In this document: positions 9,781 to 19,522 of the stretch, one piece after another
Layout of the letters: each line of letters opens with the position of its first letter
Position numbering within the stretch: position 1 is the first letter of the stretch
Assembly (NCBI GenBank): GCA_038046805.1
Contig: JBBSVO010000002.1
Location: 16,684 to 80,683 of the forward strand
DNA: 64,000 bases
Direction: 5' to 3'
DNA from: Candidatus Micrarchaeota archaeon
GTDB lineage: Archaea > Micrarchaeota > Micrarchaeia > Anstonellales > Bilamarchaeaceae
Notes under the pieces: generated by a model
The model's database searches: none
Told to the model about the DNA's origin: nothing
The model's input: the letters and a program-made list of their open reading frames with translations, nothing else
Made by a program: the position numbers and the translations under genes

Positions 9781-10305
9781 ATGAAAAGACAATTGATGAA
9801 AGGACAATATTTCAGCTTTGATGCGATTATTGCTTCGGTCGTTTTCGTACTCACAGTACTTGCGCTAATGTCTTACTGGAACAGTGTTAAAGCAGGGATG
9901 GAAACCTACTCGGATGAAACAACAAAAGAAGCAATTCGCATTTCAGATCTTTTACTTTCCCCCCCGGAGCCACTTGAAATTACAGATTGCAGCGGAACTG
10001 CTGATAAAGAAGTCAAGAGACTTGGTTTTGCGGTTTCCTGGGAAAATCGTCAATTATCCAAACAACTTCTTACGAATTGCCAATCTATAACTCAGGAGAA
10101 TCTGCGTTCTTTGCTTGGAACTCCTTACAATGTTTCAATATTTGTAAATTCCTCAAGCGGATCGTTTGACTCACTTCAGATAGGAAAATCATTTGAGGAC
10201 ACTCCACAGTCAAAAAATGCTGCAAAAGTAAGACGGCTCGTTGCCCTTCGCGATGATACGGGAGAGGCAACTCTTGCAACAATGGATATTCTCGTGTATC
10301 AATAA
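9781..10305 (+). CDS. Type IV pilin-like protein (class III signal peptide)
   Basis: MKG|QYFSFDAII plus hydrophobic helix; GAGGTG RBS upstream. Confidence 0.75.
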   Translation: MKRQLMKGQYFSFDAIIASVVFVLTVLALMSYWNSVKAGMETYSDETTKEAIRISDLLLSPPEPLEITDCSGTADKEVKRLGFAVSWENRQLSKQLLTNCQSITQENLRSLLGTPYNVSIFVNSSSGSFDSLQIGKSFEDTPQSKNAAKVRRLVALRDDTGEATLATMDILVYQ

Positions 10306-10337
10306 TCTCCAATAATGAAATTAATCGAGGTGCTGTC

Positions 10338-11657
10338 ATGTATTCCGAAAAACTATCCAAAATCCTGAAATCCAAAAAAATTGAAATTGGAGACAGCGTT
10401 CTTGTAAACAAAAATGGCAGTGAATATGCCGGCATTCTCATGCCGCGGGCAACAGAAAGCAATGTTCTTGTCATTAAACTTGAAAACGGATACAATGTTG
10501 GTATTGATTCGTCCGGTGCGGAAATCGCTCTGGTTCAAAGAGGAGAAAATCTTTTTGCAAAGGATGCTGGACCGAAGACCCAACAACATCATCGCGGTGA
10601 GGTTGCTATCCTTGGCTGTGGCGGAACAATTTCTTCAAAAGTCGAGTACAAAACCGGCGCGGTTTATCCGGTAACCACTCCGGAAGAGCTCGTCGCGATG
10701 TTTCCGCAGCTTTCTGATATTTCTTCGTTCCATGTAAGAAAACTATTCTCCATCTTTTCAGAGGATATGTCTCACGAGCATTGGAAAATGATTGCAAAAG
10801 AGGTTGCAAGCGAAGTAAATGCAGGTGCAAAGGGCGTAGTTCTCATGCATGGGACTGACACATTGCACTATACCTCCGCCGCGCTTTCATTTATGCTTCA
10901 GAATCTTTCTGTTCCGGTCATTTTAGTCGGTGCGCAAAGAAGCAGTGACCGGCCGAGCAGCGACAATGAGTTTAATCTTCTAAATTCTATTTATGTAGCA
11001 AGGCACAGTGATATTTCCGAGGTTGCAGTCTGCATGCATTCAAGCACGGATGATAATGTTTGTCATGTTCATCGCGGCACGCGCGTGCGGAAAATGCACA
11101 CATCCAGGCGCGACGCGTTCAAGTCCATAAATTCCGTTCCGCTTGCCGCAGTTGATTATCGCAAGAAGCTGTTTGAAAAGTTTTCAGAATACAAAAAACG
11201 CGGACATGGTGCCAAACTAATACCAGATACGAAAATCAATGATAATGTTGCAATGGTTTATGTCCACCCGGGAATAAAGCCTAAACACATAGACTCCTTT
11301 TCATCCTACGATGGCATAGTTCTGCTTGCAACTGGTCTTGGCCATGTTCCTACAAATCCATTCAATGACAAACATGCGCATTCTATATTCAAAAATTTGC
11401 AGGAACTTATAGAATCCGGAGTATCAGTGGTCGTTGCGCCCGAGACGATTTACGGGAGGCTTGATTTGAACGTTTATTCCTCTGGAAGAATGCTTGATGA
11501 GATTGGTGTAATCGGAAACGGAGCTGACTGGACTCCAGAATGCGCGTATGTCAAGCTTTGCTGGGTGCTTGGGCATGAAAAAAAGCCGGAAAAAGTCAAG
11601 GAATTAATGTTGAAAAACATCTGTGGGGAAATTTCTTCGCGTTCTCCGCTAATGTAA
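10338..11657 (+). CDS. gatD: Glu-tRNA(Gln) amidotransferase subunit D
   Basis: KLENGYNVG N-domain; GGTISS, HGTDT, GAQRSSDRPSSD, RKMHTSRRDAF asparaginase-like motifs. Confidence 0.97.
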   Translation: MYSEKLSKILKSKKIEIGDSVLVNKNGSEYAGILMPRATESNVLVIKLENGYNVGIDSSGAEIALVQRGENLFAKDAGPKTQQHHRGEVAILGCGGTISSKVEYKTGAVYPVTTPEELVAMFPQLSDISSFHVRKLFSIFSEDMSHEHWKMIAKEVASEVNAGAKGVVLMHGTDTLHYTSAALSFMLQNLSVPVILVGAQRSSDRPSSDNEFNLLNSIYVARHSDISEVAVCMHSSTDDNVCHVHRGTRVRKMHTSRRDAFKSINSVPLAAVDYRKKLFEKFSEYKKRGHGAKLIPDTKINDNVAMVYVHPGIKPKHIDSFSSYDGIVLLATGLGHVPTNPFNDKHAHSIFKNLQELIESGVSVVVAPETIYGRLDLNVYSSGRMLDEIGVIGNGADWTPECAYVKLCWVLGHEKKPEKVKELMLKNICGEISSRSPLM

Positions 11658-11675
11658 TTTGCTGAGGTGTTCTGA

Positions 11676-11921
11676 ATGCAATGTGAAAGTTGTGGAATGC
11701 CAATGGGCAATCCTGAGGATTTTGGAGGAAGAAATATCGCAAATAAATATTGCCTTCACTGCACAGACCGTGACGGCAATCTCAAATCCTATACTGAAGT
11801 TGTGGAAAGCATGGCGGCATTTTTTTCAAAGATAAACCGCGCTTCGATAGATATTGCAAAGAAAAGGGCAATGGGGCACATGTCTGGATTTCCGGCATGG
11901 AGGGATAAATTAAAGCCTTGA
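11676..11921 (+). CDS. Small zinc-ribbon protein
   Basis: CESCGMPM...YCLHC, C-terminal PAW; GAGGTG RBS. Confidence 0.8.
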   Translation: MQCESCGMPMGNPEDFGGRNIANKYCLHCTDRDGNLKSYTEVVESMAAFFSKINRASIDIAKKRAMGHMSGFPAWRDKLKP

Positions 11922-12002
11922 GCAATGGGCTCGGAGCCTTGAGCTTGTTTATACTATTACCCAGTGTCAAATACTCAGAGCTCAAAGCAATTGGTGAAAC
12001 AA

Positions 12003-13832
12003 ATGAAAATCGGAATCGAGATCCACCAACGTCTTGCATCACACAAGCTTTTCTGCGAATGCACTAGTGAAATCTCTGACAGCGAACAGCCTTCGCTTAT
12101 CGTAATCCGCCAGCTTAGACCTGTTATGAGCGAGCTCAAGGAGATTGATGCCGCATCACGTGCTGAATTCGCAAAAAGAAAAATTCATGAGTATCAGGTT
12201 TTTGACAGGAACAATTGCCTTGTTGAGATTGATGAAGAGCCGCCTCATCCTCTTAACCAGGATGCACTTGAAATCGCACTTAAAATTGCAATGCACCTGC
12301 ATGCAAAGCCTGTTGATGAAGTTCATTTCATGCGCAAAATAATAATAGACGGAAGCGCGGTTTCAGGTTTCCAAAGAACAGCAGTAATTGCAATGGACGG
12401 ATGGCTGGAAACCTCTCGTGGGAAAATACAAATTCAGCAACTTTCCCTGGAAGAGGAAAGCTCTGGTATTGTTGCGGATGCTACTGGGAGCGGGAAATCA
12501 ATTTTTAGGCTCGACAGGCTCGGAATCCCACTTGTAGAAATTACTACCTCTGCTGATATAGTAGATGGACAGCATTTGCTGGAAGTTGCTGAAAAGCTTG
12601 GAACAATAATGCGAGCAACAGGTAACGTTGCCAGAGGGCTTGGAACAATACGTCAGGATGTTAATGTTTCCACCGAAGGTGGCGCACGTGTGGAGATAAA
12701 AGGAGCTCAGGACCTAAAAATGCTTTCCGTTCTTGTTGAGCAGGAGGTTTTAAGGCAGAAAAATCTTCTCGCGATTTTAGACACTCTTAACAAGAGCCAT
12801 AGTTCCGCAAACTTTAAGCCGTCTTCAATGCGCATTTTTGTAACTTTGACCGGAATCTTCAACAAAACTGCTTCAAAGCTGATAAAATCTGGTATTTCTG
12901 CTGGCCAGCAGGTAGTTGCAATAAAGCTTCCTCATTACGCGGGTCTGTTAGGGACGGAAATCCAGACTGGGCGGCGCTACGGAACTGAATTAAGCGATTA
13001 TGCGAAAACTGCCGGAGTCAAAGGAATAATTCACAGCGATGAGGATATGAACAAATACAATATTTCCGAGTCCGAAGTAGCGGAAATAAAAAACGCTCTC
13101 GGAATAAAGGAATATTCCGGACGCGACGCGGGCGATGCGTTCGTCCTCGTAGTTGCAGAGCACAAAACCGCAGAAAAAGCACTTGAAAAAGTCTGTGAGC
13201 GGGCAGAAATGTTTTTTATTCCAAAGGAAACCCGCAGGGCAAATCCGGATGGTTCAACATCTTATATGCGTCCTCTGCCCGGAAGGGCAAGAATGTATCC
13301 TGAAACAGATATTCCGACTGTGCGGATTACAAAAGATATAATCGCGGAACTCCAAAAAACAAAAGGAGAATCGCTTGAGGAAAAGAAGGCGAGGCTTCTG
13401 AAAATGCTTAATCCTGAATTTGCGGAAAAAATGATTAAATCAAAGCATCTTGGGCTGTTTGAGAAGCTTGTCGGCGAGTCGGGCGTGGAGCCAATGCTTG
13501 TTGCGAACACTCTGGAGAACACGCTCGTTTCATTGAGAAGAGAAGGTGTGGAGATGAAGGACGTGGAAGGAACGCTTTCAGAGCTATTCGCACTTTACGC
13601 CAGGGATAAATTCGTCAAAGCCGCGATTCCTGAAATTCTCAAACTTGTTACAGGGAAAGGCGGGCGCGGAACGAGTATTGAGTTCGCAATCAAGAGCGGA
13701 AAGCTTGAAAAAATATCCGGAAAAGAGCTTGAGAAAATTGCAAAAGAGAACGAATATGACATTCAAAAAATAATGCAGAAATACAGACTGAATATTGAAG
13801 CAGCGGAATTGGGGAGGTTGAGGAAGAAGTAA
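12003..13832 (+). CDS. gatE: Glu-tRNA(Gln) amidotransferase subunit E
   Basis: GIEIHQ, DEEPP, RKIIIDGS..SGFQRT, RGLGTIRQDVN, RMYPETD; start 12003 (alternative GTG 11964). Confidence 0.97.
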   Translation: MKIGIEIHQRLASHKLFCECTSEISDSEQPSLIVIRQLRPVMSELKEIDAASRAEFAKRKIHEYQVFDRNNCLVEIDEEPPHPLNQDALEIALKIAMHLHAKPVDEVHFMRKIIIDGSAVSGFQRTAVIAMDGWLETSRGKIQIQQLSLEEESSGIVADATGSGKSIFRLDRLGIPLVEITTSADIVDGQHLLEVAEKLGTIMRATGNVARGLGTIRQDVNVSTEGGARVEIKGAQDLKMLSVLVEQEVLRQKNLLAILDTLNKSHSSANFKPSSMRIFVTLTGIFNKTASKLIKSGISAGQQVVAIKLPHYAGLLGTEIQTGRRYGTELSDYAKTAGVKGIIHSDEDMNKYNISESEVAEIKNALGIKEYSGRDAGDAFVLVVAEHKTAEKALEKVCERAEMFFIPKETRRANPDGSTSYMRPLPGRARMYPETDIPTVRITKDIIAELQKTKGESLEEKKARLLKMLNPEFAEKMIKSKHLGLFEKLVGESGVEPMLVANTLENTLVSLRREGVEMKDVEGTLSELFALYARDKFVKAAIPEILKLVTGKGGRGTSIEFAIKSGKLEKISGKELEKIAKENEYDIQKIMQKYRLNIEAAELGRLRKK

Positions 13833-13835
13833 ATC

Positions 13836-15209
13836 TCAGAAAAACTCGTTCAGCTTCGTATCTCCAACTGGTTTTTTGCTTTCTGCCTTTCGAATGGTTT
13901 GTTTCTTTTCTTTTTCAGGACCAACTTCCTCGTTGTCTTCTTTCTTTTCAATTTCCTTTTTTTCAGATTCCTTTTCCTTCTTTACAGCTACCGTTTCGTC
14001 TTCTTTTCCAGTTTTTTTCTTTTTTATTTTTTCAGCTTCAACACCGTTTATGAAAGCAATCTCTTCCTCACCTAGCTTGTAGTGCAACATCACTTTCTCA
14101 ATTCCATCTTCCATACTGCAAAATCCCCGTATTAACGGAAGATATGCAAGTGCATCCTTGCGGTTTGAATGCACAATCGAGCCTATCTTCTTTCCAATTT
14201 CCTTTCTCATAGCTCTTCGTGCAACGGTTGCTCCCATTTCGCGAAGATATGCCGGGAACTGGTATCTGGTGAATTTACGGTAAACTTCTTTTTTTGCAAG
14301 AGAAACACCTGCAGTTACGAAATCTATTGAATATTTGAAATATCCCCAATGGCTTCTTTTTATTCTTCCGTCAAAGATATCCGCACGCGAAAGTGCAAGA
14401 TACGCATTTGCCATATCAACAGTATCCTCATATTCCAGTGGAATGTTTTCGTCTATCCACAATTTTACAATGTCATAATCAAAATTTCCGTATGAAACCT
14501 TTTTCGCCTCTGCGTATGTCATTGCCTTGAATATATTACGGACTTTGTTGAATATATCCTCTTCTCTGTCCCGTGTTCCCATTGAACGTGCCTGAAGGTC
14601 GTTTATCGCCGCGCGTACGTCACCGCTTGAATTTTCGGCTATTCTCGAGAATTCGTTTTCATCAAGTTTTATTTTTTCCGCTTCCGCGATTCTTTTCAAT
14701 ATTTTGGAGATTGATGGTTTGCTTACTCGTCTTAGTTGCACAAGCTCGCATTCTGCCCGTACTCCAGAAAGTTTTTTATCCCACGGATTTGTGGCAGTAA
14801 GAATAACCGGGCAATTTCCTTCTTTCAATATCTTTACTATGGCGCTTCCTCCTCCAGTATCAGCAGTTTGAAGTGCATCCACATCATCAATAAGCACTAT
14901 CCGCTTTTTGCCAGACAGAGTTCCAAACAATCCTGATTGCGCGGCTCCGCCAAGCACGCGTTCCACATGGTCCCTGTTTCTCAAGTCGCTTGCACCCATT
15001 TCTATAAGTTCAAGTTCATATTCCCTTTTCAGGGCATATGCAAATGACGTCTTGCCGGTTCCTGTTGGTCCGTGTACGAGAATTGGTTTTGGTATTTTTC
15101 CTTTGCTCGCGTTCCATCTAAGCAGCCACTGCCTTATGCGTGTTCTTGCCTCCTCATTCCCGAGAATTTCATCAATCCGTTGAGGAGAATATTTTATGAA
15201 AAAGAGCAT
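13836..15209 (-). CDS. rfcL: Replication factor C large subunit
   Basis: KYSP, GPTGTGKT, ASDLR, IDDVD, GDVRAAINDLQ, WIDEN, charged C-tail ending in PIP-box-like TKLNEFF. Confidence 0.95.
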   Translation of the reverse strand: MLFFIKYSPQRIDEILGNEEARTRIRQWLLRWNASKGKIPKPILVHGPTGTGKTSFAYALKREYELELIEMGASDLRNRDHVERVLGGAAQSGLFGTLSGKKRIVLIDDVDALQTADTGGGSAIVKILKEGNCPVILTATNPWDKKLSGVRAECELVQLRRVSKPSISKILKRIAEAEKIKLDENEFSRIAENSSGDVRAAINDLQARSMGTRDREEDIFNKVRNIFKAMTYAEAKKVSYGNFDYDIVKLWIDENIPLEYEDTVDMANAYLALSRADIFDGRIKRSHWGYFKYSIDFVTAGVSLAKKEVYRKFTRYQFPAYLREMGATVARRAMRKEIGKKIGSIVHSNRKDALAYLPLIRGFCSMEDGIEKVMLHYKLGEEEIAFINGVEAEKIKKKKTGKEDETVAVKKEKESEKKEIEKKEDNEEVGPEKEKKQTIRKAESKKPVGDTKLNEFF

Positions 15210-15253
15210 AGAATCGTATTAACACGTGAGGATTATAACTCTTGTTTCTTTTG

Positions 15254-15320
15254 GCGGTTAGCAGTTAGTCGTTAGCGGTTGACAATTAGTAACTAACGGC
15301 TACGGGCTACTTGCTAATCG
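15254..15320. repeat. Degenerate heptamer tandem repeat with inverted halves
   Basis: gcggtta gcagtta gtcgtta gcggttg acaatta gtaacta acggcta cgggcta cttgcta. Confidence 0.8.
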
Positions 15321-15321
15321 T

Positions 15322-17280
15322 TCACTGAGTGCCACTCCAAAAAAACTTCACATGCCTTTCCGGCTCGTCTGTCACCACAAACCTGTCTCCGCTATCAAAT
15401 GCACCTGCATACTTCTTCCATCCAAATCTTTCATCCATGAATACAACTGCGGCCCTGTCTGTTTCCTTTCGTATTGCCCTTCCACCTGCCTGCATTGCCT
15501 TTATCACTGCCGGATAAATATATCCGTATTCCCATCCCTTTGCAAATTTCTGCTGATAATAATCTATAAGCGAGCGGGTTTCTATACTCGGTTCTTCAAG
15601 CGCAATTCCGATTATAACTGCTGTTTTTATTTCCTCATTGCAGTAATCCACCCCCTCAGAAAGAGAGCCTCCCTGAACTGCACACAACACCCCTTCTTTT
15701 TTGAATCTTGCAAGCAATTCCGAAACGTCTTGCGGACCCATTTTTTCCTCTTGAACGATCAGCGGCCCATTTTCTTTGTCAATGAGCGGAACAACAGAAT
15801 TCATTACGGCGTAAGAAGGAAAGAACAAAGCAACCCCGCGCGGCGATGAACAGATTATCCTGTCAATTTTTCCCGCAATTTTCGCATAATTTTCCGGATT
15901 TCTTTCGGTATAGCGTGTCGTTACCCCATTCACAATAACCTGCATTTTGTTATTCTGGTCAAATGGGGATTTATATTTCTTCATCAGAGTCCTATTTGCA
16001 TCCAGTCCAAGAACATCTCGGTGCATCTCCATTGGAAGCATAGTTCCGCTCATCAGGACAGAAGCGTAAGAATTGTTCAATGCCGAAGTAACTATAGACG
16101 GGTCCATGAATTTTTTCGTAAGAGAAAAATACGCTCCGCTTTTTGTTCCAATATATCCCTCTTTTTTTCTGAGAATCCTTACAGTTCCTTTTTCTTCGAC
16201 AAACCAGCTGCGGAGAAATGCTGCGAATCTCAGGCATGCGCTTTTCCTTCCCGTGCGATCTACTATCTCAGCACCGATTATTTCAAGATTCTCTGTCAAA
16301 GCGCCAGCATCGTATTTTTTGTCTGCCAAAAATCTGTCAAAATCTGCCTTTCCTATTGCAAATTCGGTAGTTCTCCTACCGGGATTTTCGTTGTTTCTTC
16401 CCAGTTCACCGAGTGTTTTTTCAGCCCATTCTCCAAACTGTTCAGCAAGTCCTAGATGTTCTATTCCCATAGCCGCCATTTCCTGTTCTGCCTTTCCTAA
16501 AACAAATGAGTTTAATGTGCTTGAAAGGTGGTCCCGGACCCGCGCGGAAAGATTATGCGCTTCGTCCACTATTATTATGCTGTTCTCCATTTTTTTCTTT
16601 ATCTTTGCCAAAAAAGCATCCCGGATTTTTGGAATTAAGAGATGATAATAATCGGCAACAACCAATGAGGATTCTGACGCAATTTTCATCATCCATTCAT
16701 ACGGGCATGCCTGGTGGGTTTCACCAAGTTCAACAACCTCTGAATGGAATCTTGCGAAGTTTTCAGTACCCGCGTGTCCATCCTCTTCTCTGCCTCCATG
16801 AAAAACCTTTTTGAATAGTATATTCGCCCGGGCTTCATCTATTTTGGAATATCCAATTGCCTTTCCATAAAATTCACAAGTTTTTTTCCCGCGCTTTTTT
16901 TCACATGTCTGGTAAAATCCTTCATGATCAAGATCTGAAAGTGTTTCATCAATGCATGCATATCTTCTTCCAATAATATCTATTGCCCGGAATCCAAGTT
17001 TGTATTTTTCAGAAATCCCGCGGGCAACCTCTATTGCTATCCTGTGCTGGGAAATCTTCGGGGTAAGAAAAAAAACAGAAAGATTGTTCGCCAATGCGTA
17101 AGTGAGCGCAGCAGAAATAGCAGAATCTGTCTTGCCGGTTCCTGTTGGTGCGTGCACTATTATATTTTGTCTTTTACCCATCGCGTCGTAAATGTCGTGG
17201 GTAAGCTCGCGCTGATAATTTCGCATATGCAAATGGCGAAAATAAATCCCATCTGTTGTTCCTGCTGCAGTTTTATCCAC
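15322..17280 (-). CDS. xpd: XPD/Rad3-family Fe-S DNA helicase
   Basis: APTGTGKT, four Fe-S Cys (YACID, QTCE, TCEF, ACPY), DEAHN, SGT, FFPSY, QAGGRAIR. Confidence 0.9.
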   Translation of the reverse strand: MDKTAAGTTDGIYFRHLHMRNYQRELTHDIYDAMGKRQNIIVHAPTGTGKTDSAISAALTYALANNLSVFFLTPKISQHRIAIEVARGISEKYKLGFRAIDIIGRRYACIDETLSDLDHEGFYQTCEKKRGKKTCEFYGKAIGYSKIDEARANILFKKVFHGGREEDGHAGTENFARFHSEVVELGETHQACPYEWMMKIASESSLVVADYYHLLIPKIRDAFLAKIKKKMENSIIIVDEAHNLSARVRDHLSSTLNSFVLGKAEQEMAAMGIEHLGLAEQFGEWAEKTLGELGRNNENPGRRTTEFAIGKADFDRFLADKKYDAGALTENLEIIGAEIVDRTGRKSACLRFAAFLRSWFVEEKGTVRILRKKEGYIGTKSGAYFSLTKKFMDPSIVTSALNNSYASVLMSGTMLPMEMHRDVLGLDANRTLMKKYKSPFDQNNKMQVIVNGVTTRYTERNPENYAKIAGKIDRIICSSPRGVALFFPSYAVMNSVVPLIDKENGPLIVQEEKMGPQDVSELLARFKKEGVLCAVQGGSLSEGVDYCNEEIKTAVIIGIALEEPSIETRSLIDYYQQKFAKGWEYGYIYPAVIKAMQAGGRAIRKETDRAAVVFMDERFGWKKYAGAFDSGDRFVVTDEPERHVKFFWSGTQ

Positions 17281-17348
17281 AACCGGTTTTGTATGACAAA
17301 AATTATTAATTGAGACGCAGTAACTATTTTATGCGGTTGGCAAATTTT

Positions 17349-17909
17349 TTACGGATTTGTGTATGCGTATATTCCCTGCCCAATAATGGCAAGTCCAAGA
17401 AGTACTAAAACAACGTCCCATAAATTAAACATTTCTATAGATTCAACCGCTCTTGATTCGTTTGGGTTATTTGGATTAACTACTATACTTATCTCGGAAC
17501 CTTCTTTCAAATTTATTATTGCTTTTTGATGTTTATACATTTCAAAATTCGGCTCTTCTAGAAAAGGAGCTTCCTTGTCATTGGAATATTCGTGGAAAAA
17601 AGCTTTTGCCTCTTCTACCCCATCGTCCGAAGCATAAGAAAATGAAGTTTCACTTTTACCAGTATATTTCTTTTTTAAAATATATTCATATTCCCTAGTA
17701 AATTCGTTAGTCCAGTCATATGCAGGATCTCCCCAAATCATCTTACTTTGAAAATAACTATCCACATTCATTTTTGTTATGGTCGCATCAATTTGCTTCC
17801 AATTCGTAAGCATGTCATATTTTTGGTAAATTCGGGATGCTCCAACAGTCAGGATAGTCAAACCTATTACCATGCCTAAAATAAATCCAGCCGTTTCTAT
17901 TTTTATCAT
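17349..17909 (-). CDS. DUF3592-like membrane protein
   Basis: N- and C-terminal TM, W...ATI and VNPNNPNES motifs; AT-rich. Confidence 0.65.
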   Translation of the reverse strand: MIKIETAGFILGMVIGLTILTVGASRIYQKYDMLTNWKQIDATITKMNVDSYFQSKMIWGDPAYDWTNEFTREYEYILKKKYTGKSETSFSYASDDGVEEAKAFFHEYSNDKEAPFLEEPNFEMYKHQKAIINLKEGSEISIVVNPNNPNESRAVESIEMFNLWDVVLVLLGLAIIGQGIYAYTNP

Positions 17910-17932
17910 AATTTTTATAATTAGTTTGCATT

Positions 17933-18062
17933 TTTAAATCCAGAGATTCCACTGGTCTTGTGACCAGTGGCACACAGGTAACACATGGCCTGACGGTGGA
18001 ATCTCTGCCTGTCAAAAACAAGCACAAGCAACCGGTCTCTGACCGGTGGTTTTTGACATACG
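17933..18062 (+). mobile_element. Palindromic non-coding element, family B copy 1 (IS200/IS605 PATE-like)
   Basis: Stems cagagattccac/gtggaatctctg, ccactggtc/gaccagtgg, tgtcaaaa/ttttgaca; homologous to the reverse complement of 52230-52389. Confidence 0.6.
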
Positions 18063-18146
18063 TTATCTGGAAAATTTTCTGCATATGCGCAGTTTGTTTG
18101 TACCGTTATTCGCGCTGTTTTTATTTTTAATCACCGTAACCATTTT

Positions 18147-18872
18147 ATGCGTTTTCTCTATAATGTTCCTGCTCTCCTTCACAAGGGAGCGCTTATAGTC
18201 GGAGATCTGCATTTTGGTATCGAAGAGCGCATGCATGCTAAAGGAATCTTTGCCTCAGACATATCTAACTCTCTCGCAAACAAACTTCTCTTAATTATAA
18301 AAAAGACAAGGGCAAAAAGACTATTTATCCTCGGGGACGTAAAGGATAACATAACCTGTGTTGACGATTACACATTGCGTGCTTTCGAAATTCTTGCATC
18401 ATCCGGAATTCAAATTACCATAGTGCGCGGAAACCATGATGGGGGGATCGAGCGGCTGGAATTTCTCGGAATTAGTGCTCTTCCAAGCGAGGGAATCGTT
18501 TACGAGGGTCTTGCTCTTGTTCATGGTCATTCATGGCCAAGTGAAGAATGTATGCAGGCAGATTATCTTATCTCAGCACATCAGCATCCGCAGATTGAAT
18601 TTGTTGATAAATCCAAAAAGCGTCATACAGAATCTGCCTGGTTCGTTGCACCATCAAATTTTCGCGAAATGAAAAAACATTACAAAACTCCAAACAAGAA
18701 TTTGAAAATTATTTTGATGCCGGCATTCAATCCTTTGGTCGGAAGTCCGCTAAACCACGGTAAATCGCGCGCGGTTATTCACCTCGGACCACTTTTAAGG
18801 AATAAGATATTTAAATGGGAAGATGCAATATTATATCGCTTGACCGGAGAGGCGACCGGAAAGATAAAATGA
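18147..18872 (+). CDS. Calcineurin-like metallophosphoesterase
   Basis: GDLHFG, LGD, GNHD, HGH, AHQHP, MPAFNP. Confidence 0.9.
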   Translation: MRFLYNVPALLHKGALIVGDLHFGIEERMHAKGIFASDISNSLANKLLLIIKKTRAKRLFILGDVKDNITCVDDYTLRAFEILASSGIQITIVRGNHDGGIERLEFLGISALPSEGIVYEGLALVHGHSWPSEECMQADYLISAHQHPQIEFVDKSKKRHTESAWFVAPSNFREMKKHYKTPNKNLKIILMPAFNPLVGSPLNHGKSRAVIHLGPLLRNKIFKWEDAILYRLTGEATGKIK

Positions 18873-18945
18873 AATAATTAGAATAAACAGGAAACAAATC
18901 CTGAAAACGTTTTTGATAAACGTTTGTAGTCTATATGGGGTGTAC

Positions 18946-19203
18946 ATGATGGGAAGTCAAAGAAGAGGCCGGGACAAACTTGTGAACTGTGAATCATGTG
19001 GAAGATCTGTGCCGCGAAACAAAGCAGTTGATTTTGAAAAAAGAAATTTTTTCAGTACTGATTTGCGCGGACAGGAGAATGTATCAACAATGTCATCAAG
19101 GCTTACCTACTATTGTATAAGCTGCGGAAAGCACAGGAAGATTTTTGAAAAGAAGAAGAAACTTGCTCAAAGACAATCTGGAAGAAATTCTGGGGTGTTC
19201 TAA
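18946..19203 (+). CDS. rps26e: 30S ribosomal protein S26e
   Basis: GR..LVNCESCGRSVPRNKAV and YYCISCGKHRKI zinc motifs. Confidence 0.85.
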   Translation: MMGSQRRGRDKLVNCESCGRSVPRNKAVDFEKRNFFSTDLRGQENVSTMSSRLTYYCISCGKHRKIFEKKKKLAQRQSGRNSGVF

Positions 19204-19511
19204 TGGCTGAGAACGCAGGAGATACGTTCGAATGCGAAGGGCGTAAGTATATTGCACTGAAACAGGAAATCGGTAACCTCCCATTGATAGTTGTACGGGC
19301 AAAAAATGGTTATGTGGCATGCAGTTATATAGACAAGGAAACTGCAGAGAAAGTGGGTGACATAGCCGCATTCGTGTCCGGAGTAAAAACTATTGATGAT
19401 TTTATGAGAGCTAAAATCCGTCATACAACTTCCTGGGCAGAGGATTTAGGTATCCGCGAGGGTATGAGCGTTAAAAAAGCACTTGAGCTTATGGATGGTA
19501 CCGAAAGCTAA
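19203..19511 (+). CDS. DUF1805/YunC family protein
   Basis: PLIVV...GYVAC, AAFVSGVKT.DD, LGIREGM motifs. Confidence 0.8.
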   Translation: MAENAGDTFECEGRKYIALKQEIGNLPLIVVRAKNGYVACSYIDKETAEKVGDIAAFVSGVKTIDDFMRAKIRHTTSWAEDLGIREGMSVKKALELMDGTES

Positions 19512-19522
19512 ATCCCCAATTC

